A model generated the notes under the pieces. It had not been told where the DNA came from, made no database searches, and saw nothing but the letters and a program-made list of their open reading frames with translations. A stretch of 64,000 nucleotides of DNA from contig OZ253442.1 in assembly GCA_965261085.1 (NCBI GenBank), positions 2,112,001 through 2,176,000 on the forward strand, in the 5' to 3' direction. This document shows, in pieces, positions 1-9,057 of the stretch (positions are counted from its first letter, which is position 1; the number at the start of each line of letters is the position of its first letter). Source of the DNA: a bacterium (GTDB lineage Bacteria; UBA8248). The translations under genes were made by a program, and so were the position numbers.

Positions 1-42
1 ATATGTCCGACCCTACAAAAAATCAATGCAAATCCTGCCTTA

Positions 43-1119
43 TCAGCCGATATCGATCCGCCGGGTCACCGAGCGCGTGGGGCCGAAGGTGGGCATGTAG
101 CACGAGTGCTTGCCGGCCCCGCCCGTCACGATGAGGAGTAAGTCTTGGGGCCCGTCGAGAAGCGGGATCTCGAAGTCATCGTCGCCTTCGTTTTTCGCTA
201 TCTCCTCGCCCCAGGTCTGCATCCCCCACATGGCGCCGCGCTTTAACTGGCGCACGGGCTTTCGGGCGAGCTCGACAATTCTCTGCTTCACGTCCGCTTT
301 CGTGAGGCCGTCTCCCGCTATGGTCGCCGCGTGCTCGGGGCCGAGGGCGAGAACGGGTTCGCCGCGCAGATAGAAATTGTTGCTCCCCATGATTGACATG
401 GTATCGGCGGCGGTGGCGAGGATTCCCTCCGCCGTGTGGCTCACGTGATCATTGATGTTGTGGGGTCCCTCGCAGCCCACGAGCGTCACCACACTTTCCT
501 CAGGCGCAAAACCGCGCTCTACGTGCAGCGGCTCCCAGGGGGAGGCTTCTTCGTTCTCGGCGATGCAGAATGCGTATTTCGCAGGGGATCCTTGCGTGGC
601 GCGATCCAGAACGCCGGGGCTCGCGCCCCCGATGTTCAGAAGCGCCAGGCGCATCGCGCGGCCTATCGTCGCGTTCGCCCGGTTGCCGGGGGCGAAGCAT
701 CCATATTCGGCGTTGAGACCGATTTCCTCGACGATGGGGCCGTTCACGATGATGAGAGGCGCCACCGGGTGGGTCGTCGCCTGAATCGCGTGTAGCGAGA
801 ACTCGGGCTCGAGCACCGCCCGGACCGCTGCCACCAGAACGGGCATGTAAGCCGGCAGACAGCCGGCCATCACGGCGTTCACGGCGAGTGCTTCGGTAGT
901 GATGATTCCTTGTCGAGGCGGCATGAGGCCGATTTCCGCATCAGGGGCCAGTCCCGCGCCCTCCACCATCCGGGCGACGCGCTCTTGCGTAGGGGGAACG
1001 ACGGGCAGGCCGTCGCCCCATCCTCTGGCTTCCAGCAGGCGCGCGAGCGCCTCGGGCGTGTCGCGAACCTTTACGCGCTCGCTTTCAAGTGCAAGATTTT
1101 CCTGAGAGTGGTCGTTCAT
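43..1119 (-). CDS. Conserved uncharacterised protein of the type that accompanies or fuses to UGSC selenoproteins
   Basis: Motifs GWGDGLPVVPPT, AVNAVMAGC, IIVNGP, GNRANATIGRA, AENEEASPW. Start taken at ATG 1119 (MNDHSQ), 13 nt after the upstream stop. Ends with a double stop TGA TAA. Confidence 0.75.
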   Translation of the reverse strand: MNDHSQENLALESERVKVRDTPEALARLLEARGWGDGLPVVPPTQERVARMVEGAGLAPDAEIGLMPPRQGIITTEALAVNAVMAGCLPAYMPVLVAAVRAVLEPEFSLHAIQATTHPVAPLIIVNGPIVEEIGLNAEYGCFAPGNRANATIGRAMRLALLNIGGASPGVLDRATQGSPAKYAFCIAENEEASPWEPLHVERGFAPEESVVTLVGCEGPHNINDHVSHTAEGILATAADTMSIMGSNNFYLRGEPVLALGPEHAATIAGDGLTKADVKQRIVELARKPVRQLKRGAMWGMQTWGEEIAKNEGDDDFEIPLLDGPQDLLLIVTGGAGKHSCYMPTFGPTRSVTRRIDIG

Positions 1120-1132
1120 ACCGAAGGCCCGC

Positions 1133-1741
1133 CTATGCGAAGAGCGCCTTGTGGCGCACCGTCTTTCGGGGCGGGACGTAGGCGCGCTCGCGGTATTCTT
1201 TTCGGAGCGATTCGGCATCGCTCGTGAGTATGCGCCGCACCTCGTCCATCGCGCCGTCTCCCAGAGAGCGCGCTTTTTCGGGCGCAATTCCCCCCACCGG
1301 ATGCGCCACGACGACTATCGGGAGGCCGGGCATCCCCAAAGCCGTTCTCTCGTTCGCGCCAAGGGCCGAAAATTCGCTTGAACAGAACGTGGCCGTCGGA
1401 ACGCCTGCCTTTTCCATCTCCACCGAGTCATGGATACTCCATGACGTGCAACTCCCTCAGTCGCCCACCGCGCAGACTGCCACGTCGATTTGTTCGATGA
1501 ATTCTTCCAGTCGATCCTCGGGCAGGGTCGGGTTCGGCTTTCCCCAGCGGATGAAGCGCAGCGTTTCGTCTTGTTGGGAGAAAAGCTCCTCGATTCGTTC
1601 CAGCAAAACGTCGGCGTTCGGCTTGTTGTTGTGGAAAAAGCCGATTCGGAGTCCCCCCAGGTCTTCGGGGCGCTCCGCCAGGGGGTGGTCGCCCGCGCGA
1701 ACGAAGGAGGTGGGTTTTACGATTTCAATCATCTGGTTCAT
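1133..1741 (-). CDS. UGSC-family selenoprotein, 202 aa, Sec at residue 95 (UGA 1457-1459)
   Basis: ORFs 1457..1741 and 1133..1423 are in the same frame. The junction reads GTG GGC GAC TGA GGG AGT TGC ACG = VGD-U-GSCTSW, followed by a hairpin. Confidence 0.88.
1427..1445 (-). promoter_or_regulatory. Candidate bacterial SECIS hairpin of the UGSC gene
   Basis: GTCATGGA-GTA-TCCATGAC, a perfect 8-bp stem starting 11 nt 3' of the UGA. Confidence 0.75.
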
Positions 1742-1769
1742 CTCGAATCTCCGTAATGGGGAACTTGAA

Positions 1770-2936
1770 CTATAAACTTAATAAATTCTGGGCGATGACC
1801 ATCCGCTGAATCTGGTTGGTTCCCTCGATGATTTGCAGTTGCTTCGCGTCTCTCATGAACCGCTCGAGCGGATGGTCTTTCATGTAGCCCGCGCCGCCCA
1901 AGACCTGAACGCCGTCCACGGCGGCCTTCATGGCGGCGTCGGTGGCGTAGCATTTCGCGGCGCAAATGAAATGCACGTGTTCTTTTTGGTAGTCGCCATT
2001 ATCCACCATCGAGGCGGCGCGGTAAACGAGCAGACGGGCCGCCTCGGTTTCCATGAACATGTCGGCGAGCATGAATTGAACGGCCTGGTGCTGGGCGATG
2101 GGTTTTCCAAAAGCCTCGCGTTCTTTTGCGTACCCGGATGCGTAATCGAGACATCCTTGCGCCAGACCCACGCCCCGCGCGCCGATGGCGGGCCGCGCCT
2201 GGTTGAAGCCGAGCATGGCGGTCTTGAAGCCCCGGCCCCGCTCGCCGATCATGTTTTCCAAGGGAACGCGCGTGTTTTCGAGGAAAATCTCACACGTCGG
2301 GATGCCCCGCATCCCCATCTTCCGCTCATGGCGGCCCACGCGGAATTCGCCCCTGGGAACGATGAAAAAAGAGATGCCCCTCGCTCCCGTCCCGGGTTCT
2401 GTCTTCGCCGCCACGGTGATGAAATCAGCCACGCTCGAACCCGTGCAGTAGCATTTCTGGCCGTTGATCACCCACGAATCCCCATCCTTGACCGCCCTCG
2501 TCGATATGTTCGCGGCGTCAGAACCCGCGTGCGGCTCGGTAAGCGAGAAGGCGGGCCGCAACTCGCCCCGGGCGACGCCGGCAAGATAGGTCTTCTTCTG
2601 CGCCTCGCTTCCGCCGACCGCGATGGGCCGCGTGGCGAGCAGGTGGACGGAAAAGAAAAGGGGGGAGTTCGAGCAAAATCGAGCCATCTGTTCGATGGTG
2701 ACGCAAGTTTCCAGGATGCCGAGACCCGCCCCGCCATAAACTTCGGGAACGTAGAGGCCGAGCAGGTCGTGGGATTTCAAGAGCTGAAAGACGTCTTCCG
2801 GGTATTCGTTGTTCTCATCGATTTCGGCGGCGCGCGGCGCGATATGGCGTCGGCTCAGCTCATACACCGTCTCGCCCAGCATCCGCTGCGCCTGATCGAG
2901 TTCGAACGCGCCTCCAGAATCCGGACTTCCCATCAC
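1770..2936 (-). CDS. Acyl-CoA dehydrogenase family protein (paralog 2)
   Basis: FSLTEPHAGSDA, WVINGQK, KMGMRG, REAFGKPI, QVLGGAGYMKDHPLERFMRDAK, IIEGTNQIQ. Confidence 0.95.
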   Translation of the reverse strand: MMGSPDSGGAFELDQAQRMLGETVYELSRRHIAPRAAEIDENNEYPEDVFQLLKSHDLLGLYVPEVYGGAGLGILETCVTIEQMARFCSNSPLFFSVHLLATRPIAVGGSEAQKKTYLAGVARGELRPAFSLTEPHAGSDAANISTRAVKDGDSWVINGQKCYCTGSSVADFITVAAKTEPGTGARGISFFIVPRGEFRVGRHERKMGMRGIPTCEIFLENTRVPLENMIGERGRGFKTAMLGFNQARPAIGARGVGLAQGCLDYASGYAKEREAFGKPIAQHQAVQFMLADMFMETEAARLLVYRAASMVDNGDYQKEHVHFICAAKCYATDAAMKAAVDGVQVLGGAGYMKDHPLERFMRDAKQLQIIEGTNQIQRMVIAQNLLSL

Positions 2937-2949
2937 CCTCGGCTTGCTC

Positions 2950-4122
2950 CTAGAGGTCGAGTAGGTTCCGGGCGATGATAATCCGCTGTATCTGGCTCGT
3001 TCCCTCGACGATCTGGATTTGCTTGGCGTCGCGCATGAATCGTTCGAGCGGGTGGTCCTTCATGTAGCCCGCTCCGCCCAGGACCTGAATGCTGTCTATC
3101 GCGCACTTCATCGCCATGTCGGCCGCGTAGGTCTTGGCCGTCGAGAAATACCTGGCGTTCTCCTTGCCGATCTGCCCCGCGTCCACCATGGCGGCCGCGC
3201 GGTAGACGAGCAGCCGCGCCGCCTCGATGTCCATGAACATGTCTGCGAGCATGAACTGTACGGCCTGGTGCTGGGCGATGGGCTTTCCAAACGCCTCGCG
3301 CTCCTTGGCGTAGTTGGCCGCGTAGTCGAGACAGCCCTGGGCCAGACCCACCGCGCGCGAGCCGATGGCGGGCCGCATCTGGTTGAAGCCGATCATCGCG
3401 GTCTTGAAGCCCTGGTTCAACTCACCCACCTGGTTCTCGAGCGGGACGGCCACGTTGTCGAGATTCAGCATGCAGGTCGAGATACCCCGCATTCCCATCT
3501 TGCGCTCGTGCTTGGCGACGCTGAAGCCCGGCGTGTCGGTGGGCACGATGTAGTAGGTGATTCCGCGCGTTCCCGCGTGAGGGTCGGTCTTGGCGGCGAC
3601 GGTGATGAAGTCCGCCTTGTCGGGCCCCGTGCAGAAGCACTTGGTGCCGTTGATGACCCATTCGTCGCCCTCTTTGACGGCGCGCGTGCGGATGTTGCCC
3701 GCATCGGAGCCCGCGTGAGGTTCGGTGAGGGCGTAGGAGCCTCTCAACTCGCCTTTGGCGAGGCCCGTCATGTAGTGGTTTTTCTGCTCCTGCGTGCCGC
3801 TCAAGTCGATGACGCGGCTCGAGAGCATGTTGAGCACGATGAAAAGAGGGGAGTTCGAGCAGACGCGCGCGATCTCCTCGATGGCGATGCAGCCGCCCAG
3901 AAAGCCCATTCCGCCGCCCCCGTATTCCTCGGGGAAGAAGATGCCGAGCAGTCCGTATTCTTTTTGCAGTTGGTAGATGTCTTCGGGGTATTCCTCGTTC
4001 TCGTCGATGTCGGCGGCTCGCGGGGCGATGTAGCGCTCCGAGAGCTCGCGGACCGTCTGGCGAAGCATCTTCTGGGTTTCGTCGAGGTCGAATTGCAGCG
4101 TGGTTTCCGTTTGCAGGCTCAT
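2950..4122 (-). CDS. Acyl-CoA dehydrogenase family protein (paralog 1)
   Basis: YALTEPHAGSDA, WVINGTK, KMGMRG, QVLGGAGYMKDHPLERFMRDAK, IVEGTSQIQ. Confidence 0.95.
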   Translation of the reverse strand: MSLQTETTLQFDLDETQKMLRQTVRELSERYIAPRAADIDENEEYPEDIYQLQKEYGLLGIFFPEEYGGGGMGFLGGCIAIEEIARVCSNSPLFIVLNMLSSRVIDLSGTQEQKNHYMTGLAKGELRGSYALTEPHAGSDAGNIRTRAVKEGDEWVINGTKCFCTGPDKADFITVAAKTDPHAGTRGITYYIVPTDTPGFSVAKHERKMGMRGISTCMLNLDNVAVPLENQVGELNQGFKTAMIGFNQMRPAIGSRAVGLAQGCLDYAANYAKEREAFGKPIAQHQAVQFMLADMFMDIEAARLLVYRAAAMVDAGQIGKENARYFSTAKTYAADMAMKCAIDSIQVLGGAGYMKDHPLERFMRDAKQIQIVEGTSQIQRIIIARNLLDL

Positions 4123-4307
4123 TTCATGGCTCCAGCGGTTTGATTATTTCGGATAGTTCTCTCTGTTGTTTGGCTCCATGATCCGCCCCGCGGCGATTGC
4201 ATGTCAACGCCCGTGGCGGAATAATGCCCCGATCCCGGTCTTTGGACTTATCCGGCGCTCGCCCGTGATTGAGGCGCGCGCCCCGTTTCGTCGAAGGAGT
4301 CTTGCAA

Positions 4308-5462
4308 ATGGACCTCGTCATACGAGGCGGGTATGTGGTCGATCCCTCACAGAGTCTGGAGGGGACGATGGACGTCGAAATCGCGCGCGGCCGCGTGCGG
4401 CGGGTGGCTCCCCACATCGAGCCGGGGGGCAGGCGGACGCTGAACGCCAAGGGAAAAATCGTCACCCCCGGTCTGGTCGACCTCCACTGCCATTTTTATG
4501 AGGGTTTTACGCACTACGGCGTGAACCTGGAGGCCACCATGCTCTCGCGCGGCGTGACGACGGCGGTCGATACGGGCAGCGCCGGCGCGCAGACGTACCC
4601 GAGTTTTCAGGAATGGTTTCTTGATAAAGCCCGTCCTACGGTGCGCGCTTACTTGAACATCTCGGAGGGCGGGCTCCTGGTCGACGGCCTGGGCGAGAAC
4701 ATCGACATGCGCGCGCTGCGCGTGGACAGGGCGGTGGAGTGCTACCAGACGAACCGGAAGTACCTCATCGGCATGAAGGTGCGCCTGAGCGACGACGTGG
4801 TTGAGCGCAGCGGCATGAGGCCCCTGGACGCGGCTCTCGAGGCGGCGGAGTTCCTGAAAGTCCCGCTCATGGCGCACGTGGGCAACACGCCGTCTTCTTT
4901 GCCGAGCATTCTCAAGCGCCTCCGCCCGGGCGACGTGCTCACGCACGCGTTTCACGGCAGAAGAGAGAACATACTCGACAAGAGGGGCCGCGTGCGCCGC
5001 GCGGTGTGGGAGGCGAGGGATTCCGGCGTTCTGCTCGACGTCGCCCACGGGCGCTCGAGCTTCAGTTTTGAGATTCTGGAGCGGGCCATGGAGCAGGGCC
5101 TGATGCCGGGGAACCTGAGCACCGACCTTCATACGCACTGCGTCCACGGTCCGGTGTATGATTTCCCCAGCCTTATGAGCAAGTTTCTGGCTTTGGGCTT
5201 TCCTCTCGCCGAAGTAGTCCGGCTCAGCACGCAGACGGCGGCGGAGTGGATTGGCCTTAAAGGAAAGGTGGGAACGCTCAATAAAGGCGCCAGGGGCGAC
5301 GTGGCCGTGTTCCGGATGCGCGAGGGCAGGTTCGTTTTTGAGGACTCCATGGGGGCGCAGCGCAAGGGAAACCAGATGCTCGAGGCGACGCACGTGGTTC
5401 TGGGCGGCCGGCTGTTGAGGCCGTCGGGGGCGGGACGGCGCAGACTCACCGAAGTGTCGTGA
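4308..5462 (+). CDS. Amidohydrolase/deacetylase-family metallohydrolase (dihydroorotase-like)
   Basis: PGLVDLHCH, GVTTAVDTGSAG, GMKVRLS, LMAH, DVLTHAFHG, DVAHGRSSF, STDLH. AAGGAG RBS before ATG 4308. Confidence 0.9.
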   Translation: MDLVIRGGYVVDPSQSLEGTMDVEIARGRVRRVAPHIEPGGRRTLNAKGKIVTPGLVDLHCHFYEGFTHYGVNLEATMLSRGVTTAVDTGSAGAQTYPSFQEWFLDKARPTVRAYLNISEGGLLVDGLGENIDMRALRVDRAVECYQTNRKYLIGMKVRLSDDVVERSGMRPLDAALEAAEFLKVPLMAHVGNTPSSLPSILKRLRPGDVLTHAFHGRRENILDKRGRVRRAVWEARDSGVLLDVAHGRSSFSFEILERAMEQGLMPGNLSTDLHTHCVHGPVYDFPSLMSKFLALGFPLAEVVRLSTQTAAEWIGLKGKVGTLNKGARGDVAVFRMREGRFVFEDSMGAQRKGNQMLEATHVVLGGRLLRPSGAGRRRLTEVS

Positions 5463-5580
5463 AAGTCGAAAGAACCTGAAAATTTCCGACGCCGGGGGTT
5501 GACTACCTGCTTTTGCAGGACTATTTTACGGCCTTGTTTTTCAGATAATTAAAACGTTTGAAATTACAAAGGCGGGCATC

Positions 5581-5658
5581 ATGCGGACGATGAGAAGACA
5601 TGGCGATGGATATTGCTTTTTCGGCTTTATCACCGTCCGTCTGCGCGCCGTGATGTAG
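5581..5658 (+). CDS. Putative Phe/Tyr-sensing leader peptide of aroF
   Basis: [25 protein letters not shown] contains TAT TGC TTT TTC GGC TTT (Y-C-F-F-G-F). It is followed by alternative hairpins and a terminator. The start could instead be ATG 5590. Confidence 0.65.
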   Translation: MRTMRRHGDGYCFFGFITVRLRAVM

Positions 5659-5713
5659 AAACAAACGGCGGGCGGGTGGACAACCCGGTCGCCACGGACA
5701 AGTAGAGAAACAT

Positions 5714-5746
5714 TCGCCGTGGGACAGCCTCACGGCGATTTATTTT
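5714..5746 (+). terminator. Attenuator/intrinsic terminator upstream of aroF
   Basis: TCGCCGTGGG-ACAGC-CTCACGGCGA followed by TTTATTTT. CCACGG at 5692-5697 can pair with the 5' arm as an antiterminator. Confidence 0.75.
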
Positions 5747-5788
5747 GAGAAACAACTGAAATTCCGAGAGGGAAAAAGGAGATTTGTT

Positions 5789-6808
5789 TTGATTATCGTG
5801 ATGAAGCAGGGCGCAACGGATGATGAGATAGGGAAAGCCGTCGCAAGGATCAATGAACTCGGTTACCAGGAGCACGTCATCAAAGGGGTGGAACGTACGG
5901 TGATCGGGGCCATCGGTGATGAACGGGGGAAATACATGCTGGAGTCGCTTGTTTCTTTGAATGGAGTGGAAAGCGCGATGCCCATTCTCAAGCCCTTCAA
6001 ACTGGCGAGCTCGGAGGGCAGGCCAGAGCGCAGCCAGTTGCCGATGGGCGAGGGAGTGGAAATCGGCGGTGAGCAGATCATTATCATCGGCGGGCCGTGC
6101 TCCGTGGAGAGCAGGGAGCAGATTATGGAATCCGCCGAAGTGGTACGGGCGGGCGGCGGCCACGTCCTTCGGGGCGGCGCGTATAAGCCGCGCACCTCGC
6201 CATACAGCTTCCAGGGCATGGCGGAAGACGGCCTCAAGCTCCTTGCCGAGGCGCGCGAGAAGACGGGGCTTCCCATCCAGACGGAGGTCATGGATTCAGA
6301 AGACATCGATGTGTGCTGCGAGTATGCGGACGTGCTGCAAATCGGCGCGCGCAACGTGCAGAACTTCTCCTTGCTGAAAAAAGTCGGCAAGACGAACAAG
6401 ACCATTTTCCTGAAGCGCGGCATGTCCACGACCATCGAAGAGCTCTTGATGTCGGCCGAATACATCATGAGCCAGGGGAACCCGAACGTCGTGCTGTGCG
6501 AGAGGGGAATACGCACCTTCGAGACGGCCACGCGCAACACGCTGGACATCAGCGCCGTGCCCGTGCTCAAGGAGCAGACGCATTTGCCGATCGTGGTGGA
6601 CCCGAGCCACGCGGCGGGCGCCTGGCGGTTCGTCGCGCCCCTGGCGAAGGCGGCCGTGGCGGTCGGGGCGGACGGCCTGATGCTCGAAATGCACCCTGAG
6701 CCAGAGAAGGCGATGAGCGACGGCCCGCAGTCGCTCAAGCCGAAGAAGTTCGCCGCCCTGGTCGAGGAACTCAAGGTGTTCGCAGAGGCCGCCGGAAGAA
6801 CGATATAG
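5789..6808 (+). CDS. aroF: DAHP synthase (3-deoxy-7-phosphoheptulonate synthase), type I-beta with N-terminal ACT-like domain
   Basis: [66 protein letters not shown] before TTG. Confidence 0.96.
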   Translation: MIIVMKQGATDDEIGKAVARINELGYQEHVIKGVERTVIGAIGDERGKYMLESLVSLNGVESAMPILKPFKLASSEGRPERSQLPMGEGVEIGGEQIIIIGGPCSVESREQIMESAEVVRAGGGHVLRGGAYKPRTSPYSFQGMAEDGLKLLAEAREKTGLPIQTEVMDSEDIDVCCEYADVLQIGARNVQNFSLLKKVGKTNKTIFLKRGMSTTIEELLMSAEYIMSQGNPNVVLCERGIRTFETATRNTLDISAVPVLKEQTHLPIVVDPSHAAGAWRFVAPLAKAAVAVGADGLMLEMHPEPEKAMSDGPQSLKPKKFAALVEELKVFAEAAGRTI

Positions 6809-6809
6809 C

Positions 6810-7679
6810 ATGTCCGTTCTTTTCGTGTTCGTGGACGGCCTGGGCATCGCCCCGCCGGGACCGGGCAACCCGCTGTCTCGCGTGGGGGAGCCTCCGCTGG
6901 GGCTTTTGTGCGGAACCGAGGCGCCCGGTTTCCGGCTCATCGAGGCGGATGCCCGCCTCGGCGTCGAGGGCATCCCCCAGAGCGCGACGGGCGGCACGGC
7001 CTTGTTCACGGGAGTGAATGCGCCCAAAGCGGTGGGAAGGCACCTTCAGGCCCTTCCGAATACGCAGTTGCGCCGCATCATCGCACGAAACGGACTCTTG
7101 AGGCGCGCCCGCGAGAGGGGCGCCGACATCGGATTCGCCAACGCATATACGCCTCGTTTTTTCATGCGCCGCAGAAACCGCATCCGCTCGGTGACCACGG
7201 TGATGGCCGAGAGCGCGGGGATTCGGCTGAATCGCCTGGAGGATCTCCTCGAGGGCAGGGCCGTTTATCGCGACTACACGAACGGGCTCATCGCCGGGCA
7301 GGGCCATGATGTGGCGAAGCTCGACGCCGAGGAGGCGGGCGTCCGCCTCGGAGAATTGGCGCGCACAAAGGATTTGCTGCTCTATGAATTTTTTCAGACC
7401 GATCACGTCGGACATCGCGGAACCGCTGAGGATGCCTTTGAGGTTTTGGCGGATTTGAACCGGTTTTTGCAGGCCGCGCTCCGGCATATCGACCCGGATG
7501 TGGATACGTTCATTCTGAGCAGCGACCACGGCAACGTGGAGGATATGGAAACGTCCGCCCACACGACGAACCCCGTTCCCATCCTGCTCTACGGCAAGGG
7601 TGCGGAAACCTTGCTCGCAGATGCCGCGAATCCGAATATCTGTCACGTAACGCCCTTGATTCTCTCCATGATTACGTAA
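6810..7679 (+). CDS. Metalloenzyme of the alkaline phosphatase / phosphoglycerate mutase superfamily
   Basis: FVFVDGLG, PQSATGGTALFTG, TDHVGH, SSDHGNVED, HTTNPVP. Confidence 0.85.
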   Translation: MSVLFVFVDGLGIAPPGPGNPLSRVGEPPLGLLCGTEAPGFRLIEADARLGVEGIPQSATGGTALFTGVNAPKAVGRHLQALPNTQLRRIIARNGLLRRARERGADIGFANAYTPRFFMRRRNRIRSVTTVMAESAGIRLNRLEDLLEGRAVYRDYTNGLIAGQGHDVAKLDAEEAGVRLGELARTKDLLLYEFFQTDHVGHRGTAEDAFEVLADLNRFLQAALRHIDPDVDTFILSSDHGNVEDMETSAHTTNPVPILLYGKGAETLLADAANPNICHVTPLILSMIT

Positions 7680-7817
7680 AGATTTTTTGATGCGTCATTG
7701 ACGGGCTTCATTCGGAGGGAGAAAGGCGGCCCCCACCTTTCCAACATTGACTTTCCAACCGATTATAAATAGACTCGCTTCCCATAATTCGGGTCGTTTT
7801 TGTTTGATTTTGGCGAA

Positions 7818-8969
7818 ATGGGGCGCATGATGGAAAATCTCGACCCGACACTGATGGCGCGAATCGAAAAAGAAGGTGTAGGGCCTTTCTTACGACGTGT
7901 GCGTGAGGGAAAAGACGTACCTCTCCGTTCGATCTCCGAGCAGACGCGAATCCGTACATACTATCTGGAAAGTATCGAAAACGGTGATTTCGATAAATTG
8001 CCGACGGGTCCGGTGGGTCTGGGTTTCGTCCGCGCTTTTGCGGACGCGGTCGGGGTGGACGCCAAGGCCGTCGCCGCGAGCTATAAACGCGAAATTACAG
8101 GCGGTGTTCCATTAGAGGAGTATGGGCTGGAGCCCGAGACTCGAATCCTTTTCAACGCCGCCCCCCGGGTGAATCGATTCTCATCCGTTGCCACTTTTGT
8201 TTTCGTATTGATTTTTCTTCTCGCCGGTGGCGGAATTTTATGGTTCATGAAGGGAAGAACGGAGCAGCTTGTTCCAATTGGATCGATTGTCGACAGGGTC
8301 AAGACCGCTGTTGCGCCCAAGGCGGATAAACTCCCTCGGGTGAGTGGGGTGAATGAGAAAGCGAAACATGAAGATGGCGCGGAGAAAGAAACTGCCGTTG
8401 TCGAGAAAAAGGCTTCCGAGCAGACTCTTCCACCTGCCTCGACCGTGAATTTGAAGGAGCCTCCGGTTGTAAAGAAGGAGGAAAAACCTTCTCCGGCTGA
8501 GGAGAATCATCCGGATCAAGCGAGCGTTCCCGTTCAGGAGAATCAGTCCCCTCCCGCTCAGGGAAGTCCACCGGCCCAGGGTGAAGTAAGTCCGCCTGCC
8601 TCGCAAAACCCTTCGGCTCAAGTGAGTGCTCCAGCCGAGGAGAAAGTCGCCCGCAATGCGGCATCGAACACTCAAGCCGCGGCGCAAGGGCGGCAGGCCA
8701 CGGCGGCTCCCGGGGAACTCCCCCTGACGTTGAAGATTTTTGCGACGGAAGACACATGGCTGCGAATCGTGGTCGATGCGAAAACCACGCAAGAATTCCT
8801 CTTGCTGGCGGGCAAGGAAAGAAATTGGAAGGCGTTGGAAAAATTTTCCCTTACCGTGGGGAACGTGGCGGGAGCGCAGATATCCCTGAACGGCGCGGAC
8901 ATCGCGTTGCCCAAGAATGACTCCAACGTGCTCCGGGATTTCATTATCACCAAGAAGTATTTGAATTAA
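7818..8969 (+). CDS. rodZ: RodZ-like cytoskeleton protein (HTH - TM - Pro/Gln linker - C-terminal beta domain)
   Basis: N-terminal LRRVRE..TRIRTYYLESIENG..GFVRAFA, one TM helix, C-terminal ATEDTWLRIVVD..LTVGNVAG..LNG. Exact start uncertain. Confidence 0.8.
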   Translation: MGRMMENLDPTLMARIEKEGVGPFLRRVREGKDVPLRSISEQTRIRTYYLESIENGDFDKLPTGPVGLGFVRAFADAVGVDAKAVAASYKREITGGVPLEEYGLEPETRILFNAAPRVNRFSSVATFVFVLIFLLAGGGILWFMKGRTEQLVPIGSIVDRVKTAVAPKADKLPRVSGVNEKAKHEDGAEKETAVVEKKASEQTLPPASTVNLKEPPVVKKEEKPSPAEENHPDQASVPVQENQSPPAQGSPPAQGEVSPPASQNPSAQVSAPAEEKVARNAASNTQAAAQGRQATAAPGELPLTLKIFATEDTWLRIVVDAKTTQEFLLLAGKERNWKALEKFSLTVGNVAGAQISLNGADIALPKNDSNVLRDFIITKKYLN

Positions 8970-9057
8970 GGGTTTTTCTGAAATTTCTCATGCTATACGT
9001 GACGTTCCAACATACTTCATCGCCTGATGTTCGATTTGAAATCTGAAATTTCACATC

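Noticed and set aside
40-45. TGA ending the UGSC partner gene as possible Sec
   Set aside because: It is immediately followed by TAA, so it is a true stop.
1833-4143. Long antisense ORFs (also 10219-12612, 27834-29372, 35558-37090, 40839-42605, 55999-57267, 57255-58715)
   Set aside because: Shadow frames of GC-rich genes with strong codon bias. They carry no recognisable motifs, and the opposite strand has clear family matches.
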